A stretch of 64,000 bases of DNA, from positions 3,008,001-3,072,000 of the forward strand of contig CP084167.1 of assembly GCA_021513715.1 (NCBI GenBank). Direction: 5' to 3'. Below are positions 40,501 to 48,793 of the stretch, one piece after another. The translations under genes and the position numbers were made by a program. The DNA is from Candidatus Heimdallarchaeum endolithica (GTDB lineage: Archaea; Asgardarchaeota; Heimdallarchaeia; Heimdallarchaeales; Heimdallarchaeaceae). Under the pieces are notes generated by a model. It was not told the origin of the DNA. It saw only the letters and a list, made by a program, of their open reading frames with translations, and made no database searches. Positions within the stretch are counted from its first letter, which is position 1; each line of letters starts with the position of its first letter.

Positions 40501-42006
40501 AAAAGAAGAGAAATCATTTTTGAAGAGAAGATAAAGAGTATCAAATATGTTGGAAAGAAAGAAGTATATGATTTAACTGAACCAAAAACATTAAGTTTCA
40601 TTGCAAATGGAATTGTAAGTTTAGATTGCGGAGAGCAACCCCTTCTCTCTTATGAGTCTTGTAATCTAGGTTCTATTAATCTTGTAAAGCATGTTAACGA
40701 TGGAGCGATAGACTGGTCTCTACTTGAATCAACTATCCGTACAGCTGTTCGCTTTTTAGATAATGTAATCGATCGTAATGTTTACATTATTCCTGAAATA
40801 GAAGAGATGACTAAAGCTAATAGAAAGATTGGCCTTGGATTAATGGGTTTTGCTGATTTACTTGTCGAACTGGGTATAAGATATGATACAGAAGAAGCAT
40901 TAGAAATAGCTGAAAAAGTTATGTCTTTCATTCAAAAAGTAGGCAGAGATGAATCTGTCAAATTAGGTGAAGAAAGAGGTAGTTTTCCTAACTTTGATAG
41001 AAGTATTTACAGAGAAAAGTACAAAACCATGAGAAATGCAACAATCACAACAATCGCTCCTACAGGAACTATTTCTCTTATTGCTGGATGTTCAAGTGGT
41101 ATCGAACCTTATTATGCAATAGCTTTTGTGCGAAATATACTAGGTGGAAAGAAACTTTTTGAAATTAATCCCATTTTCGAAAAAATAGCTAAAGAGAAAG
41201 GATTCTACTCTGAAGAGCTTGTGGAAAAAATTTCTTCTGTTCATTCTATACAGAAAATAGAGGAAATACCAGAAGAAATTAGAAAATTGTTTGTAACAAG
41301 TCAAGATGTTTCCCCTGAATGGCATGTGAGAATCCAAGCAGCTTTTCAGAAGTATACAGATAATGCTACTAGTAAAACAATTAATTTCTCAAAAGAGGCT
41401 ACAAAAGAAGATATAGCAAAAGCTTACAAGCTTGCTCATAAGCTGGGGTGCAAAGGTGTAACAGTCTATCGTGATGGTTCAAGGAAATATCAAGTATTGT
41501 CTACAAAAACGAAAAAGAAGCAAAAAGAGAAGCAACATGTTGTTACTACAGCTAAAGTTGTACCTAGAGCCAGACCAGAAATAACAATTGGTAAAACACA
41601 CAAAGTTAGAAGTGGTTGTGGTAATCTTTACGTTACTGTTAATCAAGATGAAAATGGGGATATTTTTGAAGTCTTTGTTCAAGTAGGTAAATCTGGAGGA
41701 TGTATCACCTCTCAAAGTGAGGCAATTGGAAGATTAATTTCTCTTTCACTTCGTTCTCATGTTTCAGTTGAATCCATTGTGAGACAACTGTCAGGGATAC
41801 GCTGTCCTAACCCTAGTTTCTACAAAGGAAAAAGTATTCTCTCTTGCGCTGATGGTATAGCTTTAGTGCTTGAGCAATATATCAAAGGAAATCCTAACGT
41901 ACGTGAATCTAATGGCTCTATCGTTTGTCCTGATTGTGGAGGAGTTTTAGCTTTTTCTGAGGGTTGCTATACTTGTACAAGCTGTGGTTACAGTAAGTGT
42001 AGTTAA
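34519..42006 (+). CDS. nrdJ: Class II (B12-dependent) ribonucleotide reductase precursor with 5 inteins (about 722 aa after splicing)
   Basis: Exteins reconstitute PNSPTLMNAG..QLSACFV, GGGTG, QGG.RRGANM, TNPCGEQ..CNLGS, IAPTGT; C-terminal TSCPD-like domain and Zn ribbon. Confidence 0.97.
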   Translation: MADLELSENALTVLQKRYLLKNEKNEVIETPEQMFERVAKSIASNDEEKKEFYELMTSLRFLPNSPTLMNAGTKLGQLSACFTGEQVIITAEGNKQIRDIQIGDLVLTAEGNFRKVTQTMQRKVDKRYIIDVLKLPNSTLSVTEDHPILTYKDGKIKWSLVKELSKNDFVALSYPKEVEDISSINVIDYLSDKHYKVKDGVVVNKNIEVETESSEISVHKVPIKNKIEVDEDFLRFLGYYASVGESDKKIVRFSFSDKEMAYAEELITIAKRKFGLDTRVEILNENIVKVQFCSSIISEFIKKIIGDVNNKRVPIWILKLPPEKQENFVLGCFRDDNSLFSNGYMLNARLSACNDNLVYSIWIMLMRMGIVPNLDKSSIPKSETTYSYSPYISETKESNSFVEIHGKESKGSSQLSLQKLKHIVVNDTVFLPIQNIECIEEPVTVFNLEVEEEHTYVANFVSVHNCFVLPIDDSLPSIFDAVKKAALIHQSGGGCVAEGTVIPTEEFGFIPIEQISGFEKIPADEQGHDCEPFTVFSFDEDSESFKKGKVTKLWKFKKSKYLQVKFGKEGVIEVTHWHPFIVYVPSEEQKKEGNYTEKRADELKVGDLLVSPSTHRITETSGISDAHKVRVEEIKEIEEEKIFYDFTVEKYNNYLAGNKQFTVIHNTGFSFSNIRPKNDVVKTTGGVACFPEDVRIYTNKGLLTIKEIIQSDQPIKALTHDGFHEIINKYDNGEAEVYRLITSNGYSVKATSTHKFLTIENNELVLKPLNKLQEGDYVLLFSTFESVDEKEPFKLSPITDDGQTFDEIYLDEDLAYFIGLTYADGHIIDDGRHYSVRITLNKNQIRIIEKIKKIVKTKFDYDLKVYERKNVNKVELVLHGKRFVKLLKENNLLKEKCENIRIPELLFQSPRNVLNSFIAGYFDGDGHVSKSGRISIKTISKQMSEDFSLLITRLGVLSTTHISPPIYGIRRNKKSYRVSIPTALFKKRFVEQLSKYSIKLENYTLKEGSTNKLFSYPFNILTHIGNPSTRADISRTIIPYNRKNTYRKAILRILKNSDKYGLTPDEIAFLKKLENLYPIKIKSIKKEGIEHVYNLEVKNVHRLVANGFYVSNSGPISFMEVFNAATNTIKQGGCIAAESLVRTTNGVLPAGDLLNCPPLGENNTQELIYDGESYNNAFLSLDNGFADVLILETDLGLTLKATYNHLIATVYENGNIVWTEVEKIKKGDWVVVVLGGHIGQKIFLPKIENQHHNANPIKIPEQFNAELGEILGLYMADGFISTDGKIIFSVDNKDSDLIKRIEYLMKKVFNLKLGRIEDKQTYSDVIFYSRDLCDYFSKMNWKKESSSKAFVPKEIFISEPEIAKAFVRGLFEGDGNVHSDGYPRLYSTSKALIEQTQQLLLGLNIVSSVIKGEDRSKSLGDLSIYQLLIILERSVIKFKEEIGFISNRKKQLLESRFTCRNSKQIKNSKHFQQMSDPKYYFTKVIDIKENRTYTMDFEVPESSKFVANGFLVHNRRRGANMGILRVDHPDIMSWITCKEDQTKFTNFNISVAATSAFMQAVEENRDYDLINPRTKKVVGKLNATEVFNKIVEMAWKNGEPGIVFIDRMNEFNPTPEVGDIESTNPCVVGDSLISTEFGLMKMRDLVSKFPEGSVKIVTDNRVPQQILASGNQVQLLDTKTQGVSLNTITHAFSTGIKDVYKLTTVSGYELKATGDHKVLTNEGWVQVKDLDCKKYRIKIQSGEGVFNSVKELPFKVENEITGANGRKYSFNLPKTWSKELGHVLGWLVGDGWIRTGDKNRRVGFTFSKKDEEVLRYLKDVLNRWYNKQINEIKRETNVYHLSYHSKYFVDFFLKLGVKPVKSAKKVVPESMFLATKDAVIAFLQALFSADGTIRCSKKSSSEWIALSSKSKELLKGVQLLLLNLGIKSRIFDRTRKRREKTFKYIDKNGSLKYYNSDGILYELGIFGKNIDIFKEKINFLQEEKKEKLAKLKPRKRREIIFEEKIKSIKYVGKKEVYDLTEPKTLSFIANGIVSLDCGEQPLLSYESCNLGSINLVKHVNDGAIDWSLLESTIRTAVRFLDNVIDRNVYIIPEIEEMTKANRKIGLGLMGFADLLVELGIRYDTEEALEIAEKVMSFIQKVGRDESVKLGEERGSFPNFDRSIYREKYKTMRNATITTIAPTGTISLIAGCSSGIEPYYAIAFVRNILGGKKLFEINPIFEKIAKEKGFYSEELVEKISSVHSIQKIEEIPEEIRKLFVTSQDVSPEWHVRIQAAFQKYTDNATSKTINFSKEATKEDIAKAYKLAHKLGCKGVTVYRDGSRKYQVLSTKTKKKQKEKQHVVTTAKVVPRARPEITIGKTHKVRSGCGNLYVTVNQDENGDIFEVFVQVGKSGGCITSQSEAIGRLISLSLRSHVSVESIVRQLSGIRCPNPSFYKGKSILSCADGIALVLEQYIKGNPNVRESNGSIVCPDCGGVLAFSEGCYTCTSCGYSKCS
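34759..35913 (+). mobile_element. Intein 1 (385 aa) at QLSA/CFV, degenerate LAGLIDADG
   Basis: C1 (CFTGE), block B TEDHP, C-terminal VHN/C; endonuclease motifs decayed (LGYYASVG, LGCFRDDN). Confidence 0.93.
36001..36516 (+). mobile_element. Intein 2 (172 aa mini-intein) at GGG/TGF
   Basis: CVAEG, THWHP, IHN/T; no endonuclease domain. Confidence 0.93.
36583..37854 (+). mobile_element. Intein 3 (424 aa) at GVA/SGP with LAGLIDADG endonuclease
   Basis: CFPED, TSTHKF, IGLTYADG and IAGYFDGDG, ends VSN/S. Confidence 0.93.
37918..39060 (+). mobile_element. Intein 4 (381 aa) at KQGG/RRRG, LAGLIDADG; +1 residue is Arg
   Basis: CIAAE, TYNHL, LGLYMADG and VRGLFEGDG, ends VHN followed by CGT. Confidence 0.92.
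39394..40626 (+). mobile_element. Intein 5 (411 aa) at TNP/CGE with C-terminal Asp
   Basis: CVVGD, TGDHK, LGWLVGDG and LQALFSADG, ends VSLD/C. Confidence 0.92.
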
Positions 42007-42086
42007 TTTTGCAAAAAAATAATTTTTTTCTCTATACTTTCCTATTTTTCCAAAGATTTTTAATAATAATAGTGAAAGAAAGTTTA

Positions 42087-43145
42087 ATGTTAATTTGGTT
42101 TGATGCAGTAACGGCAAAGGAGCCATTGTTGTTTGATGCAATAGCTAAAGAATTGGAAAAAGAAGGACATTCAGTAATTTTTACCTGTAGAGAATATGAT
42201 TATGTTTCTTCACTTTTTGAACTGTTAGGACGAGACGTGGCTGTATTTGGAAAACATGGAGGAAAAACATTATATGGAAAGCTTATTGCAGGAAATGAAA
42301 GAATAAAGTTACTTGCTGATTATATTAATGATTTAGATAAAAAACCAGATTATCATATATGTTTTGGTTGCCCAGAGTCAACAAGAGTAGCATTTGGACT
42401 AGGTATTCCTGTAATTAATATTAATGATTCTCCACATGCTTGGGCAGTAGCTAAATTAACTATTCCTTTATCGAAATATTTAGTATATAGTGGTTGTATA
42501 AAAGAAGAAGAGTGGTTAAAGTTGGGTGCAGTAAAAGAGCAATTGTACCCATATGACGGAATAGATGAAGTTGCTTGGTTAAAATCGTTTGAACCTAATG
42601 AAGAAGTTCTTTCACTATTGGGTCTATCTAAAGAAGATCACTTTATTGTTGCAAGACCAGAAGAAAGCAGTGCAGCTTATATGTTGAACGATAACATTAC
42701 TTCTTCAACTTATTTAGATGTTATTCTGGATGCGTTATTAAAAATATATAAAGGAAAAGTAGTAGTTTTTCCAAGATATCAAAAACAAAAAGAATTGCTG
42801 CAAGAACGCTATAAAGAAAAAATCATTGTACCACCTAAAGCTGTCGATACTCTCTCACTTTATTATTATGCTGATTTATGTATAACGGGTGGGGCAACAA
42901 TGGCAAGGGAATCTGCAGCTATAGGAACTCCAGCGATATCATATTTTCCTAGAGAACTCGCTGTGCTAAAACACATATCAAAGACAGGAATCCCTCTTTA
43001 TAATGAATACACAATTTCTGACGCAATAAAAAAAGCAAAAGATCTATTATTCTCTAATAATAAAGAAAAACAGAGAAAAAAAACAAAAAAGATACTATCA
43101 CAAATGGAGTCTCCAGTAGACAAAGTAATAGAGCTGATTAAATAA
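42087..43145 (+). CDS. DUF354 family (GT-B fold) protein
   Basis: IWFD..K, GKHGG, RVAFGLGIP..NDSPH, GGATMARESA.IGTP. Confidence 0.85.
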   Translation: MLIWFDAVTAKEPLLFDAIAKELEKEGHSVIFTCREYDYVSSLFELLGRDVAVFGKHGGKTLYGKLIAGNERIKLLADYINDLDKKPDYHICFGCPESTRVAFGLGIPVININDSPHAWAVAKLTIPLSKYLVYSGCIKEEEWLKLGAVKEQLYPYDGIDEVAWLKSFEPNEEVLSLLGLSKEDHFIVARPEESSAAYMLNDNITSSTYLDVILDALLKIYKGKVVVFPRYQKQKELLQERYKEKIIVPPKAVDTLSLYYYADLCITGGATMARESAAIGTPAISYFPRELAVLKHISKTGIPLYNEYTISDAIKKAKDLLFSNNKEKQRKKTKKILSQMESPVDKVIELIK

Positions 43146-43224
43146 ACGAAATTTAATCTTTTATTTTCTTATAAAAATAACGTTGTTGCAAAAAATTTAA
43201 TTTATCTTTGTTTATTTACAAAGT

Positions 43225-44385
43225 ATGAAGTTTTTTTCAGAAAAATTGAACAATATAAAACCAAGTGGAATAAGAGAACTTTTTGCTAAAGCACAAGGAA
43301 TAGAAGGAGTAATATCTTTAGGAATAGGAGCTCCAGATATAGAAACTCCCAAGAAATTAAAAGAAGCTTTAGTTGAAGCTGTTTTAAATAATTTCAATAA
43401 TTATGATCAAACACCTGGAAATGTTCAATTGAGAGAAGAGATAGTTCAAAAATATAAGCAAGAATATAATATGGACTATGACAAAAACAATGGAGTAATT
43501 GTAACTTCTGGTGGAGTAGAACTAATTTACCTGGCCTTACAAGCATTTTTGAAAAAAGGAGAGGAAGTGTTAATTCAAGACCCATGCTTTCTGACCTATC
43601 CTCGTCAGATAATTCTGGCAGGAGGAACACCTGTTTGGGTTAAATCCACATCTGATTTTAAAATGGATTTGGAATCAGTGAAGGAGAGTATTACTGATAA
43701 AACCAAAGCAATTATGCTTAATTTTCCCAATAATCCAACAGGAGCAATGATGGACAGAAATGAGTTGAAAGCAATAGTAGATTTAGCTGTTGACAATGAT
43801 TTGATTATTTTAAGTGATGAAGTTTATGAATATTACGTGTTTGATAACAAAGAACATGTACATGTTGCTTCAATAGGTGATGCTTATCACAATACTATCA
43901 CAATTAATTCTTTTTCAAAGTCCTTTTGTGTACCTGGGTGGAGAATGGGTTACGGTGTCTCAACTCCTGAGCTTATAGGGCCAATATTGGGTTACCATTC
44001 TTTTGTTGTAGCAAATGCAACCACTCCTACTCAAGTAGCTTTGGCAAATTATATAAATTCAGAGGATGCAAAAATCTTTAGAGAAAAAATCAGAGAAACA
44101 TTCCAAAAAAGGAGAGATAAAATAGTAAAGGGCTTGAATTCTATTTCAGGAATAGAAGCTCATAATTCATCTGGATCATTCTATGCATATTTTAATGTCT
44201 CTGGTTTGGATATGACAGGAGAAGAATTTTCTGATTTTGCATTTAAAAAAGCAAAAGTAGTTTTTGTTCCTGGAACAGAGTTTGGACAAGAAGAAAGCCA
44301 AAAAACCTTCTTAAGAGCAAGTTTCGGTTCTGTAGATGAAGAAAAAATAGAGCAAGTGATTGAAAGATTAACGAAACTTTTATGA
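43225..44385 (+). CDS. PLP-dependent aminotransferase class I/II
   Basis: NFPNNPTG, SDEVY, NSFSKSFCVPGWRMG. Confidence 0.95.
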   Translation: MKFFSEKLNNIKPSGIRELFAKAQGIEGVISLGIGAPDIETPKKLKEALVEAVLNNFNNYDQTPGNVQLREEIVQKYKQEYNMDYDKNNGVIVTSGGVELIYLALQAFLKKGEEVLIQDPCFLTYPRQIILAGGTPVWVKSTSDFKMDLESVKESITDKTKAIMLNFPNNPTGAMMDRNELKAIVDLAVDNDLIILSDEVYEYYVFDNKEHVHVASIGDAYHNTITINSFSKSFCVPGWRMGYGVSTPELIGPILGYHSFVVANATTPTQVALANYINSEDAKIFREKIRETFQKRRDKIVKGLNSISGIEAHNSSGSFYAYFNVSGLDMTGEEFSDFAFKKAKVVFVPGTEFGQEESQKTFLRASFGSVDEEKIEQVIERLTKLL

Positions 44386-44600
44386 GTTTAAAAGAGAAAA
44401 GGAATATGAAAAAGATGAGTGAAAAAAAGCAAGAACTAGATTTTTATTGTAAATTCTGTGATAAAGTAACAACGCAAGTATTTGTTGGAGCAGATAGAAA
44501 AAGAACTTTCACTATAACTTTCTATTGTCCTAGCTGCGGGAGTTATCACACCTTTGAATTCTTCGGTTCACAGTTTGCGCAACCTACTGATTTAGAATAA
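44382..44600 (+). CDS. Small zinc-ribbon protein
   Basis: CKFC and CPSC; overlaps the upstream stop. Confidence 0.65.
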   Translation: MSLKEKRNMKKMSEKKQELDFYCKFCDKVTTQVFVGADRKRTFTITFYCPSCGSYHTFEFFGSQFAQPTDLE

Positions 44601-44659
44601 TAATTCTTTTTTTTAGGATTGTGATTAAGTAATTGTAACTATGAAGATAATATCTAGTT

Positions 44660-45372
44660 TTTATACCACCTCCTAGGCAAAAAGGAACTAAGGGGTGAAG
44701 TCCCAAGCTCTGATGAGGATGAACGAAATTATAATGGAGCATAAAGAGAGTATGGAAACAAGAAAGATGAGTAGAACTATAGACGGCACGGATAAGACAA
44801 GTGCAGTGGAGAATAGAATGAAACCAACGATAACTCTTAAGGTATCATTAAAACGTTCAATATAGGAGCGTAAACCACCTTTGATAACAGAGATTTTGAT
44901 ACCTAGACGAAGTAAGACTGGATATCATATACCATACCCCTGCATCTGTAACAACAATACGCGGCTTAAAACCCCATACCAACATTTGAATTAATAACGG
45001 AAAGTTAGTAAACATTCAAGATTACTCCGTCCCTTAGTAATACTAAAACCCAGTAAAGTCTTGTTATAAGGATGGAACTAACGCGAACCACAAATATATT
45101 GAGCCTTGAGAGGTCTTAATCTCCGTTTCATCTACTACTATAATCTCTGGTATTCCCCCTCTCTCTGCTACAACTCTATGTAAACTTTCCCTAAAGAGCC
45201 TGAACTTCTTTACTCAATACCATAACACTATTGTTTGGTGTGTTAAACTATTCTTCCATCCTACTGTCCTCAACCCATTCTTTGAACCAATCTATTCCTA
45301 AATTGCTTTTATTATTATCTTTTTGGGGACTCTGCATCTCTTAAAAAAAGTAGATAGTTTTTGAATTTTCAT
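44660..45372 (-). pseudogene. Decayed IS6-family (IS240-like DDE) transposase, multiple stops and frameshifts
   Basis: Minus-strand fragments MKIQKLSTFFKRCRVPKKIIIKAI*, THQTIVLWY*VKKF, IIVVDETEIK..IYLWFAL, KPRIVVTDAGVWY, RSYIERFNDTL, HYNFVHPHQSL; 3' end approximate. Confidence 0.85.
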
Positions 45373-45502
45373 ATCTTGCTATTAGAGTCCCCACAACTAT
45401 TTTTGTCGGAAGAAAATTAGACGTACCAACTTATAAATATCGTTATGTTTATATTCTAGAAACTGTATATATTTTAATAGAACCTTAATGGGGTTTGAAC
45501 TT

Positions 45503-48500
45503 ATGAATAAAAAAATATTTTTAGCGATAGCAATAATTATTGCATTATTGCCAATTTATCATTCTGGGGTTAACACTCAAGCAACAACTCAACCAGTTGT
45601 TAATAACAATCAAATAACTCCTGAAGAAATTGGTATAGGAAGTAAACTAATCTATCAAATTACGCAATTTGAACTAGGTTCTGGCTTTGATCAATTGTTA
45701 CAAGAGATAACTCAGGATCCAGAAACACCAGAAATAGAAATTGGCTATGATGGTAGTTTAGTAGGAAGCGAAGTATGGTTTTACATTACTCTTGAAGATG
45801 AATTACAACTCTTTCAATATGATTATTCTGATGATTATTCCAAAGAAAATATTACTCAAAAGGATGCAATGCAAGTTTTAGCTGGAGTGCAATTAGGTGA
45901 TGATTTATCAGCTTTTGCAAATCTATCTCAACTATCCTACCCAGATGATGCTGTAAGACAAGATTCTGCTTATTACTATGATTCTTGGCCAATGTCTCAT
46001 TTTGACACACCAATAACAAGTGACGATTTCTGGGACGGATTTAGTGAGGGTTTTATTGATGGCTTTAATTGGGGATTCAATGATGAAGTAAATGCATACG
46101 GTTGGGCTTGGTTTGAATGGCCTGAACCAGATCATTATAATGATATTTTCTGGTTTGCAAGACAATTCGGAGAAATATGGGGATATGAAACAGGACGCGA
46201 AGCAGGATATTTAGCCGTAGAAGAAGATTCAGATGACCCTTGGGGAACAAGTTGGTTTGATGCAGAAACAGCAGAAGGAGCTTTTAAAGTAGGTTTCTTA
46301 GAAGCTAGAGACGACGGATATAACAAAGGAAGAGATGATTATACAACTGATAGAATACCAGAAAAAGTTTGGACTAATCCTTATGATACAGCTAACCTAG
46401 TCAATTTAGGTAAAAAACATGGATACAACAATGCTTGGCCAATGTATTATGATGCAGGTTTCTTATATGAAGGAGCTCAAGAATATTTCAATGACGATAT
46501 TTATTGGGAGTTATATGCAGAAATGTGGAATACTTATCCTGCAGGTTATGTAGATGGGTTCTCAGATGGTTATGCGGAAGGTACCAATGATGGACAATAT
46601 GACCATGATTATGGAAGCTATGGAGATAATTTTGAAACTCCTGAAGGATACTGGGATCCCCGTGGAGATTATGAATGGGGATATAATGCTGGTTTAGAAG
46701 ACGGTTATCAATATGGATATGATGATGGCTACAATATGGTATACGACTATGGAGACTTTATTAATGGAATGTATAATTATATCTGGCAAGCACATGAAGA
46801 TGGTTTTCAAGTTGGAGCTCAAGATTACATAAATAATCTTGGTTATGATAATTCAACATTCACCTTACCTTATTCCAGTCCAGCTAACATGTTTGAAGAG
46901 GGATGCAACTTCATTTATGAAATGATGTACCTTGAAGCTTATGATGATGGATGGAAATATGCTTTTCTTACAGATAGAGATGGAGACGATATGAACTGGT
47001 TAGAGCATGAAGGACCATTCTATTACATGTATTTACCTGATTTAATCTTATCTTTAGAATCTGGTTCAATTATACCTGTTCCTACAGATATGATAATGTT
47101 CAAGGAATTGAATATTAGTCTGATGGATTATGATATTGATTATGAATACGGAGAAAATACTGACCTCTTTTCAGAACACATGTCACCCTTTAGCATTTAT
47201 GCTCCAGAAAGTGATTGGACAGAACTAGATACTTGGGATTGGGATTTTGACCCAGATAGTGACATGCCTGGAGTAACTACCACTATTGATGGAGACATAT
47301 TCGAAATGATTGTTAATTGGGAAGAAGAAGATGGAGACATAGCCTTTGAATTAACAATCCGTTATGATATGACCACTAGTGTTTTACAATACACTGGTTT
47401 TAGTGTAGATTTCACAACTGAAACAGATATGTACCTTAATGTAGCAATGGAGTATGAATCAGATACACAAATTAACTTACCAACACCAGATCCAACTTCA
47501 TGGTCTTATCTAATAGATACATTTAGCTTTAATTATGAATTACCAGATGATGCTCCACCAGAAGTTTCTGATGGTTTAGATGAGTTCAAGAATGGAGGAG
47601 AAGATGCTGTTGGAGAAGAATTTATGGACATTGATTGGATTCAACATATTGGTTTATGGAATGAATACAATGTTACATTAAAAGATCCTAACAATCCATC
47701 TGATACATCTGATACAGTTGGTGTAATGCAACCCTGTTTGAGTCCTGGTCTGCAAATATTACCTGATTGGGACCTTTGGGGAGGAATTATGCAAACTGGA
47801 GATTCATACCTAGCTATGTCAGAATGGATAGGTAATGCAATGGACTTACTAAGTGATGCTAATCCAACCTTTGATGCATTTAGACACGATCTATACTACG
47901 ATATGAGTACATATCATGATTCAACTAACAACGTAATGTACCTTTATGCTGGTATCTCTGGAGCTTACGAATTACGTGTTGAAATGCTAAATGGAGACTG
48001 GGAGTGGGAAGAAACAACTGTTTCTCTATACTTCAAACTTGTTATTTGGACAGCTTTTGATTATACTACTGGTATTTTCCTAGGTGCTGGTGTAGAAGGA
48101 ACAGTAGATGAAACATTCACTTCAGATATTCCAACATCACCTCAATTTACACTATATGCAGATATTGACATCAGAATTAGAGCAGATTTAATATCCAGTC
48201 TAGCAAGTATTACTGATATTCTCACATTTGCAGAAATGCCAGGAAAAGACACTGATGCTCCTGTTATATCTGATGTAACTTATAGTCCAGATAAACCTAC
48301 TGAAGAAGATACTATTGTTATTAGTGCTAATGTTACAGATGAAAGCGGAGTTTGTTCAGTTATCTTACACTATAAGAATGGTACATCTGATTGGCAAGAA
48401 ATAGAAATGGTTGATGATGGCACTGGTGTTTACAGCGCTGAAATAGGCCCATTCTCTGCTGATACAGTTGTAGAGTTTTACATTACTGCAACTGATATGA

Positions 48501-48670
48501 CAGTTGATCAAAATGAAGCTGTAGATAATAATGGAGGAGCAAATTACACAATTGAAATAAAAGGAAAAGGTGTCCTTGGAATTGGATTCAATTTTGTAGA
48601 TGTTCTCATTATGGGTCTAGGATTAATCAGTATAGCTTCTCTCCTTACATTAGTAAAGAGACGAAAATAA
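45503..48670 (+). CDS. Large acidic cell-surface protein with Gly-aromatic repeats, Ig-like domain and C-terminal TM anchor
   Basis: Signal peptide MNKKIFLAIAII; D/E/Y/W-rich; DTDAPVISDV Ig-like module; GIGFNF-TM-KRRK tail. Confidence 0.85.
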   Translation: MNKKIFLAIAIIIALLPIYHSGVNTQATTQPVVNNNQITPEEIGIGSKLIYQITQFELGSGFDQLLQEITQDPETPEIEIGYDGSLVGSEVWFYITLEDELQLFQYDYSDDYSKENITQKDAMQVLAGVQLGDDLSAFANLSQLSYPDDAVRQDSAYYYDSWPMSHFDTPITSDDFWDGFSEGFIDGFNWGFNDEVNAYGWAWFEWPEPDHYNDIFWFARQFGEIWGYETGREAGYLAVEEDSDDPWGTSWFDAETAEGAFKVGFLEARDDGYNKGRDDYTTDRIPEKVWTNPYDTANLVNLGKKHGYNNAWPMYYDAGFLYEGAQEYFNDDIYWELYAEMWNTYPAGYVDGFSDGYAEGTNDGQYDHDYGSYGDNFETPEGYWDPRGDYEWGYNAGLEDGYQYGYDDGYNMVYDYGDFINGMYNYIWQAHEDGFQVGAQDYINNLGYDNSTFTLPYSSPANMFEEGCNFIYEMMYLEAYDDGWKYAFLTDRDGDDMNWLEHEGPFYYMYLPDLILSLESGSIIPVPTDMIMFKELNISLMDYDIDYEYGENTDLFSEHMSPFSIYAPESDWTELDTWDWDFDPDSDMPGVTTTIDGDIFEMIVNWEEEDGDIAFELTIRYDMTTSVLQYTGFSVDFTTETDMYLNVAMEYESDTQINLPTPDPTSWSYLIDTFSFNYELPDDAPPEVSDGLDEFKNGGEDAVGEEFMDIDWIQHIGLWNEYNVTLKDPNNPSDTSDTVGVMQPCLSPGLQILPDWDLWGGIMQTGDSYLAMSEWIGNAMDLLSDANPTFDAFRHDLYYDMSTYHDSTNNVMYLYAGISGAYELRVEMLNGDWEWEETTVSLYFKLVIWTAFDYTTGIFLGAGVEGTVDETFTSDIPTSPQFTLYADIDIRIRADLISSLASITDILTFAEMPGKDTDAPVISDVTYSPDKPTEEDTIVISANVTDESGVCSVILHYKNGTSDWQEIEMVDDGTGVYSAEIGPFSADTVVEFYITATDMTVDQNEAVDNNGGANYTIEIKGKGVLGIGFNFVDVLIMGLGLISIASLLTLVKRRK

Positions 48671-48793
48671 AAAATTACAATAATTTTTTTCTTTTTTTCT
48701 TTTTATTTTTCATTTATTTTTAATTAGATTTGAAATTGCCAGTGAAAAAGAAAACTGAAATAAAAATAAAAAAGAAAGGAAAGATAAATGAAA

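Noticed and set aside
45200-45310. In-frame TGA/TAG as selenocysteine, pyrrolysine or recoding
   Set aside because: They co-occur with frameshifts in a decaying transposase; other genes use the standard code
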